Made by a program: the position numbers and the translations under genes. A stretch of DNA of 13,180 nucleotides from a virus (lineage: Duplodnaviria > Heunggongvirae > Uroviricota > Caudoviricetes): IMG/VR virus record IMGVR_UViG_3300032074_000001; one strand, given 5' to 3'. The notes under the pieces were generated by a model. The model saw only the letters and a list, made by a program, of their open reading frames with translations, ran no database searches and was not told where the DNA came from. How positions within the stretch are numbered: the first letter of the stretch is position 1; each line of letters opens with the position of its first letter. Below, in pieces: positions 1 through 5,387 of the stretch.

Positions 1-132
1 GAACTGGTCCTTGTGGGTCCAGCCGCAGAGGCAGTGAATGTCCAGAGACACACCCATGGTGCGCACGTCCCTGACCTTGCGGGTGTGCGTGTCCAGAGTG
101 GTGAGGATGACCTCCAACAGATCGTCATCCAT
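1..132 (-). CDS. Hypothetical phage protein, 5' part only (runs off window): MDDDLLEVILTTLDTHTRKVRDVRTMGVSLDIHCLCGWTHKDQF...
   Basis: ATG at 132-130 overlaps the TGA of the upstream gene (ATGGATGA); frame open to the window edge; HCxCGW motif; not in the ORF track. Confidence 0.7.
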   Translation of the reverse strand, partial: MDDDLLEVILTTLDTHTRKVRDVRTMGVSLDIHCLCGWTHKDQF

Positions 133-490
133 CGGCGTCCTCCTCAGCCATGGCCTTCGCTTCCTCGCGGATCTGCTTGGCGATCCGCTCCCGCCGCTTG
201 TTCACCAGCACCGGGACCCACATCGGCGGGTCCATGGAGATGTCCAGGATCGGTTCGGTCATCGCCCTGGTCATCAGAGCGATGTCGTTCACCGCCTCGA
301 TCCAAGTGTCACCCCGAGGAGCAATGGCCGAATCGGTCCAGCTCAGCTCACCGTTCGGTCCGGTGTAGACCTCACGGATCGTGTAGAAGTCCTCACCGTC
401 GAAGACCTCTCGGGTCAGCGCGTACCGCCAGGTGGTGCCCTCCCTGGCGATCTTGGCCAAGTTCTTCACGAACTCCACCTCTCCCATCAC
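125..490 (-). CDS. Hypothetical phage protein (121 aa)
   Basis: GTG start overlaps upstream TGA (GTGA); C/G-ending codons; protein-like composition (WRYAL...FYTIREVY). Confidence 0.8.
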   Translation of the reverse strand: MMGEVEFVKNLAKIAREGTTWRYALTREVFDGEDFYTIREVYTGPNGELSWTDSAIAPRGDTWIEAVNDIALMTRAMTEPILDISMDPPMWVPVLVNKRRERIAKQIREEAKAMAEEDADG

Positions 491-804
491 TGCTTCACCT
501 CTCCAGCGATACAGGTCCCGTAGGCACTTCGGTCCCCGTCAGCGAGTTTCACCCAAGTGCCGTGGGTGCTGATGCACTCCTTCTTCTGCTGGTCTTCCAA
601 CACCTGCTGGGCCGAGGGTCCACGGACTCCCATCCAGATGATGTAGGCGACCCCTATGGGGGCCACAGCCGCAGCCGCGTACCCCACCGCCAGCGAGGCG
701 TACTTCCAACGAACGACAGCTCGTTCGTGCTTGCGCTCCTTCTCCTTCTGGCGGAAGCGCAGCATCTCCACGTCGTACTGGGAGATGGTCATCTCTTCGG
801 TCAC
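487..804 (-). CDS. Membrane protein, one TM segment plus C-terminal Cys pair (105 aa)
   Basis: GTG at 804 coupled to TGA 803-801; hydrophobic YASLAVGYAAAAVAPIGVAYIIWMGV; C-terminal CISTHGTWV...GTC. Confidence 0.8.
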   Translation of the reverse strand: MTEEMTISQYDVEMLRFRQKEKERKHERAVVRWKYASLAVGYAAAAVAPIGVAYIIWMGVRGPSAQQVLEDQQKKECISTHGTWVKLADGDRSAYGTCIAGEVKQ

Positions 805-1058
805 TGGACCACCGGCCACGGAGCGGGGTGGTTCCAGATGATCACGGAACCGTCCGGGAAGTACTGGCAGTGGCTCGCAGGAGCGCCAGAGGCGAGGACA
901 GCCGCGTGGACCATCTTCTCCAGCTTGGTCTCCCAGGCGTTCACCACGGGCGGGGTAGTGACGTTCCTACGCCGACGACGGCGAGGAGTGACCTCACCGC
1001 TGGCGATCTTCTGCACGGTGGTCTCGTGCAGCGAGGCCCTCTCCTGTACGCGGTTCAC
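801..1058 (-). CDS. Small protein with N-terminal HTH-like segment (85 aa)
   Basis: GTGA-coupled at both ends; RVQERASLHETTVQKIASGEVTP resembles XRE-type helices 2-3, followed by six Arg. Confidence 0.7.
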   Translation of the reverse strand: MNRVQERASLHETTVQKIASGEVTPRRRRRRNVTTPPVVNAWETKLEKMVHAAVLASGAPASHCQYFPDGSVIIWNHPAPWPVVQ

Positions 1059-1516
1059 GACTTCGCCTCGTCCATCTCGTGTCGGACCCGAGCCAGCAGC
1101 GACTCGGAGGGGGTCCAGCCCAGCGACTTGGCCTCTTCGAAGTCGGCCTCGGTGATCGGCCAGATGGAGACCAGGTGGGAGTCACCGTACTCACCGTCCG
1201 GCACCACCACCGAGTAGTGCCAGCCACGCCGGTAGTTGCGCTGGTGCATGTCGGTGTAGTGGCGCTTGTAGTAGTCGATCTCGTCGGAGTCAGCGCCCGC
1301 GTTCACCTCGCCCTGCACGATGTCGTCCAGGGTGTCGCACTTGGCGAACACGTAGATCGTCTCGGTCGAGGTGGTCACCGGCTTGAAGAAGTAGCTTCCC
1401 CAGGTGACCTCTCGCTGCTTGTCCACGACCTCCAGAGCAGCCGCCAGCTCACGGGTAGCCATGGCGTCGAACATCTCCTGGGCGTTGGAGTAGCTACGCA
1501 CGTTGTCGTCGTTCAC
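1055..1516 (-). CDS. Hypothetical phage protein (153 aa)
   Basis: GTGA overlaps on both sides; strong GC3 bias; motif WHYSVVVPDGEYGDSH. Confidence 0.85.
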   Translation of the reverse strand: MNDDNVRSYSNAQEMFDAMATRELAAALEVVDKQREVTWGSYFFKPVTTSTETIYVFAKCDTLDDIVQGEVNAGADSDEIDYYKRHYTDMHQRNYRRGWHYSVVVPDGEYGDSHLVSIWPITEADFEEAKSLGWTPSESLLARVRHEMDEAKS

Positions 1517-1716
1517 TTCGTCTTCTCCTCGTTGTACTTGGCCGCGTAAGTGGCCGACTTGATGTTTTGGTAGGGGGCGCTGAAACCACGAGGGAAGGCG
1601 TGGTCACAGGCTTGGCAGACCCAGAACAGAATCCCGTCGTAGACACCACGGATCTCCATGCCGAAGAACAGGTTCTGGTCGGTGTTGCCGCACTGGGGGC
1701 AGGTCAGATCGTCCAT
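1513..1716 (-). CDS. Small zinc-ribbon protein (67 aa, CPQC...CQAC)
   Basis: ATG at 1716 coupled to upstream TGA (TGATG); two CxxC pairs flanking GVYDGILFWVC. Confidence 0.8.
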   Translation of the reverse strand: MDDLTCPQCGNTDQNLFFGMEIRGVYDGILFWVCQACDHAFPRGFSAPYQNIKSATYAAKYNEEKTK

Positions 1717-2333
1717 CAGTTGCCCGCCATGTCTTCCAACTTGCTCTGCCACTGACAGGCAGCCCATCCGGCTCCGATGCCAACCCAGACCCAAGGAGCA
1801 CCGGGTCCAGAGCTAGCTCCAGTAGCGATAGCACCACCGACGCCGACGCCAGCGAGACCACCGCAGAACACGGCCTTCACGTCATCCCTGGTCCAGTTGG
1901 CGTTGTCCGGGAACGCACGAACTGGACCATCGCAGGTCCAGGCAGAGGTACTCGGGGAAGAACCGCTGACCTTGAAGTAGCAGTTGTCGTGGCTGGTGAA
2001 GTTGCGCCACATCTGTGCTCGGGTGAGGGAACCACCATCACCAATGGTGGTTCGGTGAGCACGCTGGAAGTGCATCAGCTTGTCCAGGATGACTCGCTTG
2101 GCCTTCGCGCTGTAGCGCATGTTCCTGGGTGCGTGTCCCAGGTGATGGTGCTTGAACTTTCGGACTCCCTCACGGGGAGTGTGGACAGTGCCAGTGCAGC
2201 TGGACTGACCATCTGGACACATGGCAGATGCCTTGTCCGCGATCACTCCTACGAGTGATCCGATGATCACGCACAGCAACACGAAGAGGATGCCTGTCTT
2301 CCAGGTCAGCCCCTTCTTGATCGCCTTGCTCAT
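1716..2333 (-). CDS. Secreted/membrane protein with Sec signal peptide and C-terminal Gly-rich hydrophobic hairpin (205 aa)
   Basis: SD GAAGGAG 6 nt before ATG 2333; basic n-region, h-region TGILFVLLCVIIGSLVGVI, ASA cleavage-like site; six Cys in mature part. Confidence 0.85.
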   Translation of the reverse strand: MSKAIKKGLTWKTGILFVLLCVIIGSLVGVIADKASAMCPDGQSSCTGTVHTPREGVRKFKHHHLGHAPRNMRYSAKAKRVILDKLMHFQRAHRTTIGDGGSLTRAQMWRNFTSHDNCYFKVSGSSPSTSAWTCDGPVRAFPDNANWTRDDVKAVFCGGLAGVGVGGAIATGASSGPGAPWVWVGIGAGWAACQWQSKLEDMAGN

Positions 2334-2365
2334 GTCTGTCTCCTTCAGACGTGGTGTGGACATGC

Positions 2366-2397
2366 AAAAAGCCCCAGAGGTGTTACCTCTGGGGCTT
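2366..2397 (-). terminator. Intrinsic terminator
   Basis: Perfect 13-bp stem AAGCCCCAGAGGT/ACCTCTGGGGCTT with 3-nt loop, ending in TTTTT on the minus strand. Confidence 0.85.
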
Positions 2398-2483
2398 CCG
2401 CAGTTGATGGGGTCCAGTTCGCCAGAGGTCAAGCCTCTGGGTACTTGCTGTCCCTGCTAGAGACAGTCCTCTCCCGTCAACTG
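2366..2483 (-). ncRNA. Candidate structured leader RNA / attenuator (RNA-A, ~118 nt)
   Basis: Begins at predicted TSS of PL1; closing stem 2473-2483/2401-2411, hairpins 2448-2466 and 2422-2440, then terminator; no ORF. Confidence 0.5.
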
Positions 2484-2488
2484 AGATA

Positions 2489-2517
2489 AGTGTACCACAA
2501 ACACTCTATACACACAA
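2489..2517 (-). promoter_or_regulatory. Leftward sigma70/SigA-type promoter PL1
   Basis: -35 TTGTGT (2517-2512), 17-nt spacer, TGn-extended -10 TACACT (2494-2489). Confidence 0.7.
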
Positions 2518-2561
2518 CAACCCCCAGGTTTCCCGTGGTTAGGGCGTTCTTCTGGGGGTTG
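2518..2561 (-). terminator. Hairpin / probable terminator directly upstream of PL1
   Basis: 10-bp inverted repeat CAACCCCCAG (2518-2527)/CTGGGGGTTG (2552-2561); minus-strand tail TTGTGTGT. Confidence 0.5.
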
Positions 2562-2781
2562 AGGGCATCTCTCCAGGACGAGTCGCCTAGCTGGATCACT
2601 CCTTGACGAGAGGTTCGGCATGATTCCTGGAGCACTGCTACTTCTCCCCAGAGTCGTCATCTGACTGGGTTAGACCGGTGATCCTCCTGTACTTCGCCGT
2701 CACTCTGGACAGGTACTTGGCAGGGGATCTGTGGTCTTCGCTCGGTCCATCTCACGTTGGTGAGGTGCAGATCGAGCTGAT
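2518..2781 (-). ncRNA. Candidate structured RNA (RNA-B, ~265 nt); strand uncertain
   Basis: Lies between PL2 and the 2518-2561 hairpin; several 7-8 bp complementary pairs; no credible CDS. Confidence 0.35.
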
Positions 2782-2801
2782 GTGAAGACTATAACACATC
2801 A
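2778..2801. promoter_or_regulatory. Palindromic operator candidate TGATGTG-N10-CACATCA
   Basis: Perfect 7-bp inverted repeat whose spacer contains the PL2 -10 box. Confidence 0.5.
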
Positions 2802-2816
2802 CATACACAACCACAA
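2788..2816 (-). promoter_or_regulatory. Leftward promoter PL2
   Basis: -35 TTGTGG (2816-2811), 17-nt spacer, TGn-extended -10 TATAGT (2793-2788). Confidence 0.7.
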
Positions 2817-2819
2817 CAT

Positions 2820-3106
2820 CATCAAGAGACATCTTGGCTTAGGGCATAGCTGACCCTTTAAGAACGCCTACAGGTCACTCAATCCGGACAGAAGCGTCAT
2901 CACGACGTGTCTGGCAGACCTTAGGGGCAGTGGGTAGTGGCTCCGTGAAGCCGTTGCGCCCCGGTTATCCTGCAACGCGGCTCGTTGATCACCCAGTGCC
3001 ACGTTCGTCCTGGGATGAGGTACCTCGGGAGTGATCTCGACCGGTGATGTACCTCCTCGGTAGACGGGCTGCTCTGAGTCCCTGCGACGGGCGTCTGCGA
3101 CGACGT
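2820..3106 (-). ncRNA. Candidate structured RNA (RNA-C, ~285 nt); strand uncertain
   Basis: Downstream of PL3; series of hairpins (2889-2913, 2939-2952, 2950-2981, 2992-3014); shares a 16-19 nt motif with RNA-B. Confidence 0.3.
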
Positions 3107-3112
3107 GAGATC

Positions 3113-3140
3113 ACCGTACACCCTCCTGGCGAGGTGTCAA
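3113..3140 (-). promoter_or_regulatory. Leftward promoter PL3
   Basis: -35 TTGACA (3140-3135), 16-nt spacer, -10 TACGGT (3118-3113). Confidence 0.65.
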
Positions 3141-3165
3141 CACCGTGCTTACGGTTGTGTACGGT
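3137..3165 (+). promoter_or_regulatory. Rightward promoter PR, back-to-back with PL3
   Basis: -35 TCAACA (3137-3142), 17-nt spacer, -10 TACGGT (3160-3165), the same hexamer as PL3. Confidence 0.4.
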
Positions 3166-3254
3166 GCTTACCGGTACTTGATGACTGGTGTTGTTCTGTG
3201 TCATCCTGTCCGTGCCTCGTGTAGATGGCGCTCGATCTCTCGCGACGGGATCGT

Positions 3255-3294
3255 AGAAAGCCCCCAGTCCGCTCTGGACGGGGGCTTTCTCTTT
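3255..3294 (+). terminator. Intrinsic terminator (possibly bidirectional)
   Basis: AGAAAGCCCCC/GGGGGCTTTCT stem extended by GTCC/GGAC; plus-strand tail CTTTCTCTTT. Confidence 0.75.
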
Positions 3295-3320
3295 GGAGCA
3301 GACGGTCATACCATCGAGTG

Positions 3321-3692
3321 GTGCCTCTGGTCTTCCGTCGATCCCGTTCCGTGGTGTTCCACAAGGTCGAGGACTGCCCGCAGCTCACCAAGGCCCCGGC
3401 ACGCGGCACACAGAAGCCGCTGGAGACGGTCGATCTGGACCTGATCGCGCTGCCGAAGCCGTGCAAGACCTGCTACTCCGACGCCCCTCGGGGCAAGTTC
3501 GCACGACGGTACTGCCCGCTGTGCAACAAGAACGGTCGCATCCGCCCATGCGCCCACAACGGTGGAGTCAAGGTCACCATCGCGCAGACCACCAACTACC
3601 TGAGTCTGCTGCGTGATCCCGGTGATGAGTACACCAGGGCCATCTGGGTGTGGCCGGATCGTGCCCATCGGTACGAACCTGTTGCATCGTAA
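3321..3692 (+). CDS. Cys/His-rich zinc-binding protein (~123 aa), probably leaderless
   Basis: HKVEDC, CKTC, CPLC, CAHNGG motifs; -10 TACCAT (3309-3314) lies 6 nt before GTG 3321; start uncertain. Confidence 0.75.
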   Translation: MPLVFRRSRSVVFHKVEDCPQLTKAPARGTQKPLETVDLDLIALPKPCKTCYSDAPRGKFARRYCPLCNKNGRIRPCAHNGGVKVTIAQTTNYLSLLRDPGDEYTRAIWVWPDRAHRYEPVAS

Positions 3693-3711
3693 GCACCACA
3701 TGCACTACTGT
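3682..3711 (+). promoter_or_regulatory. Promoter upstream of helicase
   Basis: TTGCAT-N18-TACTGT; spacer motif shared with the 12016-12044 promoter. Confidence 0.55.
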
Positions 3712-3750
3712 CCGTGACACCTTCCCGTCGCAAGGATCGGAGTACCGCCC

Positions 3751-4995
3751 ATGGCGTTGCCGTCAGGCGAGAGCCTGCTCATCTCAGCACTGATCAACGT
3801 AGGAAACGTCGAAGAGGCGCTCACCTACGGCATCACCCCGAACTACTTCCGGGGGTACAAGGACGAGTACAACTGGCTGCTGAACTACACCAAGACCTAC
3901 GGTGAGCAGCCCACCCGAGACATCTTCCGGGCACAGTTCTCCTCCTTCCCCATCTCCGAGCACGCCGACGTGCGCAGCGCCTGTGACATGGTGCTGAAGT
4001 CGTACGGCAAGGCACGGCTCACCGAGGCCATGGGCGAGGCCGTGGACCTGATGGGCATGGGCGATCTCCAAGCCGCCTACGCCACACTCACCAAGGCCGA
4101 GCCCCGGTCCACCGCTCCCAAGGCGAAGCGGCTGCTCACCGACCTGACCTTCTTCGACACCTGGGAGGACGACCACCAGGGCGTCGAGGTGCCCTACCGG
4201 GTGATCCAGAAGAACACCGGAGGCATCAAGCCTGGCAACCTCTGGTACCTCGCGGCCCGTCCCGGCAACGGCAAGACGGCCCACCTGTGCAACATCGCGA
4301 CCCGCGCTGTCCTTGATGGAGCGCGGGTCAAGTTTTACTCCCTGGAGATGAGCGAGATGGAGGTCCGGGCGAGGTTCCACGCCGCGCTGGCCACCCACTT
4401 CAAGGTCCCTGGGATCACCATGAACTCGATCCGTGAGCGGACCGTGGACATGTACGAGTACAAGCAGTTCATCTCGGAGTTGGACGAGCGCCTGGACGGC
4501 CACCTCGACATCCACACCCCGCGTGACGGCATCGTGACGCCGGGAACGGTGGCCTCGGTCGCGGAGGACTACCACCTGAACATCGTGGACTACATCGGTC
4601 TGATGCGGTCCGAGGACGGCACCCCCGCGATCAAGGACTGGCGGGTGGCCGCAGAGATCTCCAACCGGATGAAGGAGATCGGGCTAGCGGCCCACACCGG
4701 GATGCTGTGCGCCGCTCAGATCAACCGGGAGGGCGACAGCGGCACTGCCCCGCCCAAGATCTCCCAGCTGTCTCAGAGCGACGCTCTGGCCCAGGACGGG
4801 GACGTGGTGATCACCATGCGAGCCGCGCCCCACAACGTGGCCACCTACCTGTCGCTGGAGAAGAACCGGCACGGCCAGTCCTCCATCCTCACCGCCACCA
4901 CGTTCGACCCGAACACCGGAATCTACCGAACCATCGATCTCACCGAGGTCGATGCCCTTGCCCTAGAAGCCGAGGCCCGTCGCTATGAGCAGTGA
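3751..4995 (+). CDS. dnaB: DnaB-like (SF4) replicative helicase
   Basis: Walker A AARPGNGKT, SLEM, Walker B IVDY, AQINRE, LAQDGD, KNRHG Arg-finger motif. Confidence 0.95.
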   Translation: MALPSGESLLISALINVGNVEEALTYGITPNYFRGYKDEYNWLLNYTKTYGEQPTRDIFRAQFSSFPISEHADVRSACDMVLKSYGKARLTEAMGEAVDLMGMGDLQAAYATLTKAEPRSTAPKAKRLLTDLTFFDTWEDDHQGVEVPYRVIQKNTGGIKPGNLWYLAARPGNGKTAHLCNIATRAVLDGARVKFYSLEMSEMEVRARFHAALATHFKVPGITMNSIRERTVDMYEYKQFISELDERLDGHLDIHTPRDGIVTPGTVASVAEDYHLNIVDYIGLMRSEDGTPAIKDWRVAAEISNRMKEIGLAAHTGMLCAAQINREGDSGTAPPKISQLSQSDALAQDGDVVITMRAAPHNVATYLSLEKNRHGQSSILTATTFDPNTGIYRTIDLTEVDALALEAEARRYEQ

Positions 4996-5128
4996 ACCCA
5001 TCGTCCTGAACGTGATCCAGCCGAACATCGACGCCCGCTGCCACCACGAGCAGCTTCGCTCCAGTGGCGTCTGGACCTGCCAGATCGTCGGCTGCGACGG
5101 TGTTCACCACTACTTCGTCCGCTCATGA
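4985..5128 (+). CDS. Small Cys/His protein (47 aa) MSSEPIVLNVIQPNIDARCHHEQLRSSGVWTCQIVGCDGVHHYFVRS
   Basis: Overlaps helicase end by 11 nt, ATGA-coupled to the next gene; GC3-rich; below ORF-track cutoff. Confidence 0.7.
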   Translation: MSSEPIVLNVIQPNIDARCHHEQLRSSGVWTCQIVGCDGVHHYFVRS

Positions 5129-5262
5129 TCTGCGGAGCGATCAGCGACACGCTCTTCGGGCGTGAGCGGTGCAAGGAGGACTCGGATCACCGGGGACCGC
5201 ACTGGCGGAACACCGAGCCGATCTCCTGCGAGTGCAAGTACTTCTGCCGGTGCGAACGGTGA
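5125..5262 (+). CDS. Small Cys/His protein (45 aa) MICGAISDTLFGRERCKEDSDHRGPHWRNTEPISCECKYFCRCER
   Basis: ATGA/GTGA coupling on both sides; C-x12-C-x5-HxGxH pattern. Confidence 0.7.
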   Translation: MICGAISDTLFGRERCKEDSDHRGPHWRNTEPISCECKYFCRCER

Positions 5263-5387
5263 ACCTCTTCCACGAGTTCGGCGCGTGGCTCTTCTTCCAC
5301 GATGTACACATCACCCCGTTCGGGATCGCTGGGTTGTTCTGCCTGTTCTCACTCCTCGACAACTTGATCGAACGGGTGAAGCGGTGA
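5259..5387 (+). CDS. Small membrane protein (42 aa)
   Basis: GTGA coupling on both sides; hydrophobic ITPFGIAGLFCLFSLL. Confidence 0.7.
   Translation: MNLFHEFGAWLFFHDVHITPFGIAGLFCLFSLLDNLIERVKR

Noticed and set aside
2334-2432. Longer in-frame starts in the ORF track (2432, 1794, 819, 3225, 5162, 6208, 12196)
   Set aside because: Extensions cross terminators or neighbouring genes; coupled, SD-supported or leaderless downstream starts fit better.
2366-2483. Match of RNA-A to purine, SAM, glycine, TPP or c-di-AMP riboswitches, or to the hammerhead ribozyme
   Set aside because: Three-way junction topology only; conserved core nucleotides are not present.
2534-2545. CGTGGTTAGGGC matches the 5' end of a pistol ribozyme as I recall it
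   Set aside because: The P1 partner (CCACG) and pseudoknot partner (CCCTAA-GCG) are absent on the same strand.
2457-2660. 67-aa minus ORF and other ORFs in 2400-3320 (2921-3121, 2989-3309)
   Set aside because: No SD at proper spacing, no GC3 bias, and they run through promoters and terminators.
3017-3026. Perfect 10-bp palindrome GAGGTACCTC as an operator
   Set aside because: Single copy, far from promoter boxes; better explained as part of an RNA stem or chance.
4296-4345. Short A/T-wobble patch in the helicase
   Set aside because: Only a few codons; the +1 frame stops soon after its only ATG and has no SD.
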